This document shows positions 11,575 to 21,215 of a DNA stretch of 64,000 bases, in pieces. The notes beneath the pieces were generated by a model. The model was given only the letters and a program-made list of their open reading frames with translations. It was not told the DNA's origin and did no database searches. The position numbers and the translations under genes were made by a program. The DNA lies in contig CAWFAK010000012.1 of assembly GCA_963813715.1 (NCBI GenBank), forward strand, positions 160,001 to 224,000. The letters run 5' to 3'. Within the stretch, counting starts at the first letter, position 1; every line of letters starts with the position of its first letter. The stretch comes from an uncultured Planctomycetaceae bacterium (GTDB lineage Bacteria > Planctomycetota > Planctomycetia > Planctomycetales > Planctomycetaceae).

Positions 11575-12310
11575 GGGCGGGCTGCGACTTAAGCTGCCGG
11601 CGGCCGAAGAGCAGTCGTTCTTCCGGGGCAGCCAGCCGCAACCGTAGTCGGTCCTGCTGGGAACAGCGCGGCAACGGCCGACTGGCGTCGTACGAGGGCC
11701 AGCCCGAAAACATCGTGCGCCACGCTTCTGTTCGCCGTCGCTGGCGGATGTGGATCGGATCGAAGCCGTACCAGGCAAGCGGCTGATCGATGAGCCGGGC
11801 GGAAAACCGTGTAGCCAGCCCCGCCAGCGCGTCATCCATCCCCCGCGCACGCTGGAGCATCTCGGGCCAGCTCACGCGCGTCTTCGGGAAAAAGAAGAAG
11901 CGGGTCGAATGATACCGCAGCGCCGAGAGCCGCTCGATACTGGCCAGCGGCAATCGGGTGACGACCAGTTCGGGCTTGTAAGCAGACAGCGCGGTCAAGC
12001 ACGTGACCAGATGCCGCTCGAGCACGTCGGCCGCCGAACCGTAGATCAGGTCGTTGCCGATGTCCGTGAGGAGAGCCAGCGTGCGGGCCGGTCGCTCGGC
12101 GACTACCCGTTCCAGATCGGCCCACAGTCCGCAGCGGTCAATGCCCGGCAGTCGGCGGGCGAGCACGCGGCTCCACGTGCAGTACGAACGGCCGTGGCCG
12201 AACGCGGCGAACAGCTCCAGTGGCCCGGGCAGCCCGGCCGACAACTGCCGCACGATCTGCGGGAAGGCGATCGCGATGTTGCTGGCACCGAGCAGGACGA
12301 CGCGAGTCAT
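11540..12310 (-). CDS. SGNH/GDSL-like hypothetical protein
   Basis: VVLLGASN block I, TDIGNDLIY block III, FDPIH block V. Confidence 0.65.
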   Translation of the reverse strand: MTRVVLLGASNIAIAFPQIVRQLSAGLPGPLELFAAFGHGRSYCTWSRVLARRLPGIDRCGLWADLERVVAERPARTLALLTDIGNDLIYGSAADVLERHLVTCLTALSAYKPELVVTRLPLASIERLSALRYHSTRFFFFPKTRVSWPEMLQRARGMDDALAGLATRFSARLIDQPLAWYGFDPIHIRQRRRTEAWRTMFSGWPSYDASRPLPRCSQQDRLRLRLAAPEERLLFGRRQLKSQPALTWNGVSLHLY

Positions 12311-12332
12311 TGGAGCCGAGCGGCGAATCGAG

Positions 12333-14153
12333 TTAGCTGCGCTGCGAGCGGTTCTTGCGCTTGCGGTCGGCCTCGGTCAGGCCGATCTTGCGGAGCCGAA
12401 TGACTTTGGGCGTCACCTCGACGTACTCGTCTTCTTCGATGTACTCGAGGGCGGCTTCCAGCGTCATCTCGCGCGGCGGCTTGAGCAGAATGTTTTCGTC
12501 CGAACCCGAGGCCCGCATGTTGGTCAGCTTCTTCTCGCGGACCGGGTTGACGACCATGTCCCCTTCGCGCGAGTTCTCGCCGACGATCATTCCTTCGTAG
12601 ACGTCGTCGCCGGGAGCGACGAACATGTCGGCCCGCTCCTGCAGCTTGCCAAGGGCGAAGGCGACGATCTTGCCCGAATCTTGCGACACGAGCACGCCGT
12701 TGGGGCGCTTGGGCACGTCGCCCTGCATCGGCTTGTAGGACTCGTAGCGGTGATGAATGATCGCCTCGCCGCGGGTCACGTTGAGCAGCTTGGTTCGCAA
12801 GCCGATCAGGCCCCGCGCGGGGATCGAAAACTCCAAGTGCGTCTGCCCGGTTTCGCCGGTCACCATCTCGAGGATTTGTCCGCGGCGCACGCCGACCTGC
12901 TCCATCACCTTGCCCATGTCGGGCGTGGGGACGTCGACCACCAGGATTTCAAACGGCTCGTGCCAGTGCCCCTCGATCCGCTTGCGGATGACCTGCGGCT
13001 TGCCGACCGACAGCTCGTAACCTTCGCGGCGCATCGTCTCGATCAGAATCGACAGGTGCAAGATGCCGCGACCGGAAACGGTGAACGAATCCTTCTCGCC
13101 GGTTTCCTCGACGCGGAGCGCCACGTTCGACTCGAGCTCTCGCAACAGACGCGTGCGGAGGTGGCGGCTCGTGACGTACTTGCCGTCGCGGCCGGCCAGC
13201 GGCGAATTGTTGATCGTAAAGACCATCGAGAGCGTCGGCTCGTCGACGCTGATCCGCTTGAGGGCCGACGGACGCTCGGGACAGGCGACGGTATCGCCGA
13301 TTTCGGGGTCCGGCAGACCGACCAGCGCGACGATGTCGCCCGCATCCGCCTCGGAAACCTCGTTGCGGCCCAGCTTGTCAAACAGCTCGACAGCGGCCAC
13401 TTCACCCCGCTCATGTTTGCCGTCATGACGGATCAGCACGACCTTTTCGCCGCGGTGCATCGTCCCGCTCTGAATGCGTCCGATGGCCACGCGGCCGACG
13501 TACTCGGACCACTCGACGGAAGTGACCATCATCTGCAGCGGGGCCTCGGGCTCGACGTCAGGCCCGGGAATCTTTTGCAGCACGAGATCGAGCAGCGGCT
13601 CCATCAATCCCGAGCGTGCCGCCGGGTCGTGCGAGGCATAACCCTCGCGGCCGCTGGCGTAAACGTAGGGGAAGTCGAGGGCCAATTCATCGGCCCCCAG
13701 CTCGACGAACAGGTCGAACATCTCGGAGAGCACTTCGCCGGGACGGGCGTCCGGGCGGTCGACCTTGTTGATGACCACGATCGGCTGCAGCCCGACCTCG
13801 AGCGCCTTCTTGACCACGTACCGCGTTTGCGGCCGCGGGCCTTCAAACGCGTCGACGAGGATCAGGGCACCGTCAGCCATCGATAGCACGCGCTCGACTT
13901 CGCCGCCGAAGTCGGCGTGGCCCGGCGTGTCGATGATGTTGACCTTCACGCCCTTGTAGACCAGGGCGATGTTCTTGGCGAGGATCGTAATGCCCCGCTC
14001 GCGCTCCAGGTCGTTGGAATCGAGGATGCACTCGCCCGAAAGCTGGGAATCGCGAAATTGCCCGCTTTGACGCAACAGGGCATCGACCAGGGTCGTCTTG
14101 CCGTGGTCGACGTGTGCAATGATGGCGATATTGCGGATATCTGTGCGTCGCAT
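12333..14153 (-). CDS. typA: Translational GTPase TypA/BipA
   Basis: IRNIAIIAHVDHGKTTLVD, ERGITILAKN, DTPGHADFGGEVER, GRGILHLSILIETMRREGYE, KLTNMRASGSDE. Confidence 0.98.
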   Translation of the reverse strand: MRRTDIRNIAIIAHVDHGKTTLVDALLRQSGQFRDSQLSGECILDSNDLERERGITILAKNIALVYKGVKVNIIDTPGHADFGGEVERVLSMADGALILVDAFEGPRPQTRYVVKKALEVGLQPIVVINKVDRPDARPGEVLSEMFDLFVELGADELALDFPYVYASGREGYASHDPAARSGLMEPLLDLVLQKIPGPDVEPEAPLQMMVTSVEWSEYVGRVAIGRIQSGTMHRGEKVVLIRHDGKHERGEVAAVELFDKLGRNEVSEADAGDIVALVGLPDPEIGDTVACPERPSALKRISVDEPTLSMVFTINNSPLAGRDGKYVTSRHLRTRLLRELESNVALRVEETGEKDSFTVSGRGILHLSILIETMRREGYELSVGKPQVIRKRIEGHWHEPFEILVVDVPTPDMGKVMEQVGVRRGQILEMVTGETGQTHLEFSIPARGLIGLRTKLLNVTRGEAIIHHRYESYKPMQGDVPKRPNGVLVSQDSGKIVAFALGKLQERADMFVAPGDDVYEGMIVGENSREGDMVVNPVREKKLTNMRASGSDENILLKPPREMTLEAALEYIEEDEYVEVTPKVIRLRKIGLTEADRKRKNRSQRS

Positions 14154-14599
14154 GGAATCTCAGAACTCGTGCTAGGGAAAGATCTTACGGGGCGGGCCGC
14201 CTAGGGAGGCACGGGCATGAGCCGGCCGCAGCTGCGGCCTAGGGCTTCAAAATTCCCGTGTCACAATCTCCCCGACAGAAGGAACCCAGCCGCCCGCTCA
14301 GACCCAACGGCTCGACCGAAGCCCGGTCAAACCGATGGTTGTTCGCTGCAGCGTAAGCTGATTCTAGGGCGCGGAGCCGCAGAAGTGTAGCAGCCAACGG
14401 TCTTTCCACAAGAGGGATCCGTTGTGAAGAAGCTGTTAAAGCCCGGCGTTTCACCGCCAAAGCGAGCCCGGCCCAGCGAGAGGCTGCCGCCCCAGACAGC
14501 CGCCGGCTCCATCTTCTTTCTCTCTCTTTACTTCTTACCTTCGCCCCAAGAGCGTACCAGCCGCATCCAAGCCGCTTCCTCCATCCCGAGCGTGGCGGC

Positions 14600-14703
14600 A
14601 AAAAAACTCCCCGCGGTGAGGCCGCCTGAACGACTGCTGCTGCGGGGCGGGTGGGTCCAGTTGTGTGACAGCAGCCGCTCAGGCGAATCTCACTCGCGGG
14701 GAG
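14600..14703 (-). terminator. Extended (~97 nt) hairpin plus U-tract downstream of the S41 gene
   Basis: CTCCCCGCG-GTGAG/CTCAC-CGCGGGGAG, CGCCTGA/TCAGGCG and CTGCTG/CAGCAG stems; A7 at 14600-14606 reads as a U-tract on the minus strand. Confidence 0.65.
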
Positions 14704-14738
14704 GCGAATCCCCCCAATTCGTAACTGGTTGTCAGTCT

Positions 14739-16787
14739 TTAGTTGCTGAGGGGTCGCTCCGGTGTCTGCGGGCCGCGGTGACCGCCGGCCGCTTGGGCCA
14801 ACTCGAGGGCTCGCTGGCTGGTGGCCGCTTCGATGCCGGCTTGCAGCACACGGTCCGAACCATTGAGGCCTTCGCCTCGGAAGCCGTCGCGTTGTTGTTC
14901 CGCCGCGTACGGATTAGCACCGTGACGGTAGGCCGCCTCGTGATGATGTTCTCCGTCACGCGAGCGCCAATCGTCGCCGTAACCGTACTCCTCGCGGCCG
15001 GAGGGCTCGTGTCGATCGTCTCCCTCCGGGCGGGGCTCACCGTCACGTCGGTATTCACCTTCGTGTCGATGCCGTGCGTGATGGGCCACGCGTTCCGCGT
15101 CGGCATGAATGTCCGGCTCGACGCCGGCGTCGGCCATCACGCGGCCGGTCGGCGAGAAGAATCGAGCGGTCGTCAGCCGCAGATTGCCCGACACGGTCTG
15201 CAGCGGAAAGTGCGTTTGCACCGTCCCCTTGCCGTAAGTCCGCTCGCCGACGATGAGGCCGCGTCCGTTTTCCTGGACGGCCGCCGCGAAAATCTCGCTG
15301 GCGCTGGCGCTGTTTTCGTCCACCAGCACCACGAGCGGCAGCTTCCAGGCATGCTGACGGTTGGCGTACTCGACCGTGTTATCGGAGCTGTCGCGACCGC
15401 GGGTGGAGACAATCGTTCCGGACGGCACGAACTTGTTTGACATCTGAATGGCGGTGGTCAGCAGGCCGCCCGGATTGCCGCGGACGTCGATCACCACCGA
15501 CTTCATTCCTTCGCGATAGAGCTGCCAGAGGGCGCGATCGCACTCTTCCGAGCTGTTCTGCGCGAACTTGTCGAGCTTGATGTAGCCCACGTTGTTGTCG
15601 AGCATTTTGACTTCGCTCACGCTGTGAACTTCGACGCGACGCCGCACCAGCGGAATCTCGGCGACCTTTTCTTCGCGGCGGACGCTCAGCGTGACGCGGC
15701 TGCCCGGCGGACCGGTGATCAGGCTGACGGCCGCGTCCAGCGTTTCGCCGGCGACCGACGTGCCGTTCACCGATTCGATCAAGTCTCCCTTTTGCACGCC
15801 GGCTTCGGCCGCCGGTCCGCCGGGCAGCGCATTGACGACCAGCATGCCGTGTTCGTCCGGCTTGATCTCGACACCCACGCCGACGATGTGATCTTCCAGC
15901 TCGGCACTGGGGCTGGCGTGGTCCATGTTCGGGACGAAGCCCGAGAATTTGTCGAGCGAGTCGGTCGAGCCGTACACGAATTCCAGCACGGCAACGGCCG
16001 GTCGCAAGCCGCCATGCTCCTGAGCGGCCCGCATCGTCCAGCGGAGCGCCTGGTTGGCCTCGTCGCGGCCGCCGATCGGGCGGCAATTGACGAGCTGCTC
16101 GAGGTCCAAACGGAAGGCGGCAACGCGCGACGGATCACCATCGAGCTGGTTGGCGCGGAGGAACGACCGGTTCTCGAGACCTCCGAGGAGGTTTTTCGCC
16201 GCTTGTTTCACTCGCGCGTCGTAGGTCGACGGCTTGAGGTGCCGCGCGTCGATCAGCGTCGAAACTTCGGCGAAGAGCTGCAGCCCCTGCTCAGGAGTGA
16301 GCGACCGCAGCAGATGCACGACGGCCGGGTTGCCGTAGCGAACGGTCAGCTTGCGCTGGATCAGCTCGCGTTCGGGAAGCAGGTCTTCCTCATGCGGGCG
16401 CCGAGGCTCAGACCTGCGGTGCGGCGCGGCTGGAGGAGACATCCGGTCAAATTCCCGGGTGCGGGGGTGATCGGGAGGCAGCGGAATTTCTTGAGGGACC
16501 GGCGGCGTCTCCCCATCTTCGGTGTGGAAGGGGGTGGGGTCTGCGGGCGGCGCACCGGGTCCGAAATTTTCTCCGCGCGGGGAATCATCGCGAGCGACAC
16601 TGCGTACGAGTCTCGAAGGCGGAACGAGTCCAGAAGGCAGAGCGAGTTCAGAGGCCGTGGGGGCGGGTTCAGAGGCCAAGCCAACCGAGATCGACAGGAT
16701 GGCGCCCAGACTGAGCACCAGACCTGTACACCGCCAGACGGCCGACGGCTTTCTCGAGCCGCGCGGCGGTTGAAGGTGATGGACCAT
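14739..16787 (-). CDS. S41A carboxyl-terminal processing protease with PDZ domain
   Basis: GVGVEIK...GGPAAEAG (PDZ), IDVRGNPGGLL, ENSASASEIFA, RTYGKGTVQ, LTTARFFSPTG; N-terminal TM/signal. Confidence 0.92.
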   Translation of the reverse strand: MVHHLQPPRGSRKPSAVWRCTGLVLSLGAILSISVGLASEPAPTASELALPSGLVPPSRLVRSVARDDSPRGENFGPGAPPADPTPFHTEDGETPPVPQEIPLPPDHPRTREFDRMSPPAAPHRRSEPRRPHEEDLLPERELIQRKLTVRYGNPAVVHLLRSLTPEQGLQLFAEVSTLIDARHLKPSTYDARVKQAAKNLLGGLENRSFLRANQLDGDPSRVAAFRLDLEQLVNCRPIGGRDEANQALRWTMRAAQEHGGLRPAVAVLEFVYGSTDSLDKFSGFVPNMDHASPSAELEDHIVGVGVEIKPDEHGMLVVNALPGGPAAEAGVQKGDLIESVNGTSVAGETLDAAVSLITGPPGSRVTLSVRREEKVAEIPLVRRRVEVHSVSEVKMLDNNVGYIKLDKFAQNSSEECDRALWQLYREGMKSVVIDVRGNPGGLLTTAIQMSNKFVPSGTIVSTRGRDSSDNTVEYANRQHAWKLPLVVLVDENSASASEIFAAAVQENGRGLIVGERTYGKGTVQTHFPLQTVSGNLRLTTARFFSPTGRVMADAGVEPDIHADAERVAHHARHRHEGEYRRDGEPRPEGDDRHEPSGREEYGYGDDWRSRDGEHHHEAAYRHGANPYAAEQQRDGFRGEGLNGSDRVLQAGIEAATSQRALELAQAAGGHRGPQTPERPLSN

Positions 16788-16971
16788 GACAAACGTCCTT
16801 TGGATTCCCGCGAGGACGCTTCCTGCGTAGTCCCCGCGAGAGTGCTTCGTGCGTGGGCGTCATGCACTCCCGTTTCCTTTTTTTGTTTGACACGTAGTTG
16901 TGTTCGCGCTTCAGACGCGATCAATCAATCGAGCGACAGGACAGATCCCGCTCAGGCGAGATCGGGCCTGC

Positions 16972-17229
16972 TCAAGCGAGATGGGTCTGCGGGGACTCAT
17001 CCGCGCAGGTGACCATGGCCTCGGGCTCCTCGGCCTCGGACGGGCACCAGTTCACTTCGGGGACGGCCGACGGGTCGTGACCGTCGAGCAGCTCGCCGCG
17101 GACGACGCGGACATTGGCCGGCGCTTCGATGCCGATCTTCACGCTGGTGCGTCCGGTGCGGATCACTTTGATTAAGATGTCCTGGCCAACATGTATCGTT
17201 TCAGCTCGTTTTCTTGTGAGTACCAACAT
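16972..17229 (-). CDS. csrA: Carbon storage regulator CsrA family
   Basis: MLVLTRK...VKIGIEAPANVRVVRGEL; AGGGAG RBS upstream. Confidence 0.9.
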   Translation of the reverse strand: MLVLTRKRAETIHVGQDILIKVIRTGRTSVKIGIEAPANVRVVRGELLDGHDPSAVPEVNWCPSEAEEPEAMVTCADESPQTHLA

Positions 17230-17333
17230 TGATGACTCCCTTCAGCTCCCTGTTTTTGTTTAGCACAGTCGTTCGGATTTGAACTCGGTCCTCACCGGAC
17301 GACTGGGATTGACTGACTACAGGGCTCGCCTTT

Positions 17334-17350
17334 CGCGAAGTCTGTGCCAA
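17334..17350 (-). promoter_or_regulatory. Putative sigma54 -24/-12 promoter for csrA and the S41 gene
   Basis: Minus strand TTGGCACAGACTTCGC: GG-N10-GC with the TGGCAC core. Confidence 0.55.
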
Positions 17351-17667
17351 ACTTGGTCTTTGTGCGTATGTTCAGTAATGGTCTATGTCGTAAGATCAGC
17401 AGAGCCATTTCATTACGTTGTAATGTGGAAGAATTCCGTGAGCGCCGTCGACGCCGTTTTTGCGCTCGATTGCAAAGATTCAATGGTAAGGTCTGCTAGA
17501 CATTCGGTGCGAAGCGTCACAAAAATGAATCGGTGCGCCGCGGATTTTGTAAAAAACGCGACACCACTGTTGTAAAAACGCCAGTTCGCGGCCTGCTGAT
17601 CTGATACGGAATGACCAGATTAACAAACCTGATTCTCCGGTAGGTCTTCTGATGCCTCCAAAGTCGG

Positions 17668-17684
17668 CGGTACGGGCGTTGCAT
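17668..17684 (+). promoter_or_regulatory. Putative sigma54 -24/-12 promoter for the Cys-rich protein gene
   Basis: CGGTACGGGCGTTGCAT: GG-N10-GC with TTGCA. Confidence 0.5.
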
Positions 17685-17771
17685 CTTTGATTCAAGGACT
17701 GCGTGTGAGTTCGAAGTGAAGCACAACGGTCTGCAAAGTCCGGTTTGAATAGACGCCTTTGGAGCGAACAC

Positions 17772-18626
17772 ATGAGGAAAATGCAGTTAGCGGCTTCAGC
17801 GCTGACTTTGGCGGTTCTCGCCTTTGCGGCCCTGCCGCAAGCCCGCGCGGATGTTTACGACTACGGCTACGGTCCGGTTTACAGCAGCTATCCGGCGACG
17901 AGCGGAACCACCTGCCCCAACGGGCAGTGCTCGGGATCCAATTACGCGCCGGCCTACTCGTCATATCCGACTTATGGTGCGACCTGCCCGAACGGTTCCT
18001 GCGGCGTGGGCGGGCTGCCCCAACGGCATGTGCGGCCTGCGCGGCAGTTGCGCCAGTGGCCAGTGCTCCAGCGGGCAGTGTTCCAGCGGCCAATGCGCGA
18101 GTGGCCAGTGCCCGAACGGCCAATGCTCGACGGGCCAGTGCCCCAACGGCCAGGCGCAGTGGGAGCTGTCGCAGCGGACGTTGTGGTTATTGCCCCAACG
18201 GGGATTGTGATCTCCGGCCACTGCAGCGGCAATTGCCCGAACGGCCAGTGCACGACCCGCTATCGCGGGCCCGTCGATTCGCTGAGCCCGCCGAACGCGC
18301 CGCTCTACGATCGGCCCGATTACGGCACGCCGGACGGGCCCCGCGCTCGTCCGATCTACTCGACCGAGCGGCCCGTTTCTCGCGAATATCGCGACAGCGA
18401 CTATCGGGATCGCGAACGTGACAGCGATTATCGTGATCGCGACTACCGGAGCCGCGATGACCGCGATCGGAGCGTTCGTGACGGGGGCTTCCGCGACACT
18501 GGTTACCACGATCGTGACTTCCGCGACCGTGCCTCGCTCGAGCAGCCGGTTTCACATCGCACCTGGCGGACCGACAGCCGACCGCTCAGCCGCGACGGCC
18601 AGATGGAGAGCCCGTTCTATAACTAA
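17772..18626 (+). CDS. Secreted Cys-rich repeat protein (CPNGQC/CSSGQC) with R/D-rich tail; several frameshifts at 18010-18215
   Basis: Signal peptide ending ARA; CxxGQC repeats spread over three frames; DSDYRDR repeats; C-terminal ESPFYN. Confidence 0.75.
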   Translation: MRKMQLAASALTLAVLAFAALPQARADVYDYGYGPVYSSYPATSGTTCPNGQCSGSNYAPAYSSYPTYGATCPNGSCGVGGLPQRHVRPARQLRQWPVLQRAVFQRPMREWPVPERPMLDGPVPQRPGAVGAVAADVVVIAPTGIVISGHCSGNCPNGQCTTRYRGPVDSLSPPNAPLYDRPDYGTPDGPRARPIYSTERPVSREYRDSDYRDRERDSDYRDRDYRSRDDRDRSVRDGGFRDTGYHDRDFRDRASLEQPVSHRTWRTDSRPLSRDGQMESPFYN

Positions 18627-18843
18627 TGGGTAATGGGCCCGACGTCTCATGGCGTCCGGGTCCGGGTGGCTGGGGTCGGCGTCTCGCCGCTCGACCGAGT
18701 CTCACCGAAGTCCGCCCGCGTCTGCCGCCGCCCAGACTGCCACTGACCCGTCTGCCAGCTCGAAAGGCGTCAGCCGCAAGCCGACCACCTCTTCCCATCA
18801 CCGGTCATAGCCATCTCACATCGCCGGGCATTCCGGCACAGCG

Positions 18844-18878
18844 ACGGGCCGCTGGAAGCTCTTTCGGCGGCCCGTTTT
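18844..18878 (+). terminator. Intrinsic terminator
   Basis: ACGGGCCGCTGGAAG-ct-CTTTCGGCGGCCCGT-TTT hairpin plus T run. Confidence 0.6.
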
Positions 18879-19115
18879 ATGTCACCTGCTCTGGCTCTCA
18901 TCTCACTTGCTTTCCCGGCCGGCCTGACTATACTTACCCCTTCGCTTTCGCGGTTAAAGAGCCGCGCACGAAGTCAGCGGTGTCTTCTGTTCTCCGGCGA
19001 CTTGTCGCCGGGGCAGTGACCGCTCACTTCGTCCGCGGCTCGTTCTCTCGGCGAGTCGTCTTGACCGCGAATTGTTCTCACGGCGAATTGTCGGACCGGA
19101 ATAAAGGTTGGCGTC

Positions 19116-19380
19116 ATGTCTCGCGAGTGTGAAATCTGTGGCAAGAAAGCCGTGATGGGTAACCAGGTGACCATGCGCGGCAAGGCGAAGTACCTCGGCG
19201 GCAACGGCCGCAAGACGACGGGCATCTCGCGCCGACAGTTCCGCCCGAATCTGCAGCGGATCCAGGTGCAGGAAGGGGGCTCGGTCGTCACGCGCAAGCG
19301 TCTGCACGCAGTGCATTCGTAGCGGACGCATCGTCAAAGCCGTCGTCCGCAAGCCCTTCACCCTGCCGGCCGCCACATGA
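19116..19380 (+). CDS. rpmB: 50S ribosomal protein L28 (Cys-containing form), frameshift at ~19298
   Basis: MSRECEICGKK...GKAKYLGGNGRKTTG...FRPNLQ, then VCTQCIRSGRIVKAVVRKPF in the shifted frame; ATGA overlap with gatC. Confidence 0.92.
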
Positions 19381-19679
19381 CCGCGCGGCTGACCCGCGAC
19401 GACGTGGCCAAGGTCGCCCTGCTGGGTCGGCTGAAGCTCTCGGCCGAAGAACTCGAGCGGATGACCTCGCAACTGGGTCGCGTGCTCGAATACGTCGACA
19501 TCCTGAACGAGGTCGACACCCAGTCCGTCGAGCCGCTGGCCCATCCGATTGAATTGGCCAACGTCTTTCGCGAAGACGTCGAACGGCCGTGCCTGTCGCG
19601 CGAGGAGGCGCTGGCCAACGCCCCCAAGACCGACGGCCGCTTCTTCGTCGTGCCGGCCATTCTCGACGTCAACCACTGA
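19377..19679 (+). CDS. gatC: Asp/Glu-tRNA amidotransferase subunit C
   Basis: DVAKVALLGRL, NVFRED, ALANAP, FFVVPAIL; lies upstream of gatA. Confidence 0.95.
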   Translation: MTARLTRDDVAKVALLGRLKLSAEELERMTSQLGRVLEYVDILNEVDTQSVEPLAHPIELANVFREDVERPCLSREEALANAPKTDGRFFVVPAILDVNH

Positions 19680-19742
19680 CGGACCTGCCTGCAGCGGATC
19701 GTGAAAGGCCGTGCCCAGCGAACGGCCGCAGGACATAACGGC

Positions 19743-21215
19743 ATGTCTCTCCTCGACGCCACGGCTTCGCAGCTGCTTGACTTCATTGCAGCACGAAAGT
19801 CGTCGGCCGTCAGCGTGGCGACCGCATTTCTCGATCAAATCGCGGCGCACGACGCCCGGATCGGCGCGTTCTTGCATGTCGACCGGGAGGGCGCGCTCAA
19901 GCAGGCCGCGTATGTCGACGAAAAGCTCCGTGCCCGCCAGCCGCTGGGGAAACTCGCCGGGCTGCCGATCGCGATTAAAGACGTCGTCTGCACGCGCGGT
20001 CTGCCGACCACCTGCGGCAGCCGCAGCTTGCAGAAGTTCGTGCCCCCCTACGATGCGGAACTGATCCGCCGCCTCCGCGCGGCCGACGCCGTGATCCTGG
20101 GCAAGACGAACATGGACGAGTTCGCGATGGGCTCGTCCACTGAGAATTCGGCCTTTCAGATCACGCGAAATCCCTGGGATACGGAGCGGACGCCGGGCGG
20201 ATCGAGCGGCGGATCGGCGGCCGCGGTGGCTGCGGCTATGGCGCCCCTGGCCATCGGCAGCGACACGGGCGGCTCGATCCGGCAGCCGGCAGCGTTTTGC
20301 GGCGTCGTCGGGATGAAGCCGACCTACGGACGCGTGTCGCGTTACGGATTGGTGGCGTTCGCCAGTTCGCTCGATCAGTTGGGGCCGTTCGCGTCCGACG
20401 TGGCGGGAGCCGCCGCGCTCTTGGAAGTGATCGCCGGCCACGACCCGCGCGATTCGACGTCGGTCGATCACCCCGTTCCCGACTATCGCCGCACGCTCGA
20501 GCGGCCGCTGTCGCCGCTCCGCATCGGCCTCGCCTCCGAGCACTTTGCCGAAGGGCTGGATGCGGAAGTGGCGGCCAGCGTGCGCCGGGCGGCGGACGTC
20601 TATCGCTCATTCGGCGCCGAAATCGTCGACGTCACCCTGCCCCACTCCAAGTACGGCGTGGCCGCCTATTACCTGATCGCTCCATCCGAGGCGGCCAGCA
20701 ACCTGGCCCGCTACGACGGCGTGCACTACGGACATCGGGCCGAAAAGTTCGACGGCCTGATCGACATGTACGCCACGTCGCGCGGTGAGGCGTTCGGGCC
20801 CGAGGTCAAGCGGCGGATCATGCTGGGCAACTACGCCCTCTCGGCCGGCTACTACGACGCCTACTATCTCAAGGCACTCAAAGTCCGCCGCCTGATCCGC
20901 CAGGATTTCGACCGCGCGTTCGAGAAGTGCGACGTGCTGCTTTCGCCCGTCGCCCCCACGCCCGCTTTCAAAGTCGGCGAGCTGGTGAACGATCCGCTGG
21001 CGATGTATCTCTCCGACATCTACACACTGAGCGCGAACCTGGCGGGACTACCCGGCATTTCGCTGCCCGGCGGACAGAGCTCCACCGGCCTGCCGATCGG
21101 CATTCAGCTTCTCGGCCCGCCGTTCGCGGAAGAAACGCTGCTGCGTGCCGCGCGGATGTTCGAGCGGGAGACGCCCTGGCACATACAACGCCCGTCACTG
21201 GCGGTGGCGCCATGA
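19743..21215 (+). CDS. gatA: Asp/Glu-tRNA amidotransferase subunit A
   Basis: [56 protein letters not shown]. Confidence 0.97.
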   Translation: MSLLDATASQLLDFIAARKSSAVSVATAFLDQIAAHDARIGAFLHVDREGALKQAAYVDEKLRARQPLGKLAGLPIAIKDVVCTRGLPTTCGSRSLQKFVPPYDAELIRRLRAADAVILGKTNMDEFAMGSSTENSAFQITRNPWDTERTPGGSSGGSAAAVAAAMAPLAIGSDTGGSIRQPAAFCGVVGMKPTYGRVSRYGLVAFASSLDQLGPFASDVAGAAALLEVIAGHDPRDSTSVDHPVPDYRRTLERPLSPLRIGLASEHFAEGLDAEVAASVRRAADVYRSFGAEIVDVTLPHSKYGVAAYYLIAPSEAASNLARYDGVHYGHRAEKFDGLIDMYATSRGEAFGPEVKRRIMLGNYALSAGYYDAYYLKALKVRRLIRQDFDRAFEKCDVLLSPVAPTPAFKVGELVNDPLAMYLSDIYTLSANLAGLPGISLPGGQSSTGLPIGIQLLGPPFAEETLLRAARMFERETPWHIQRPSLAVAP

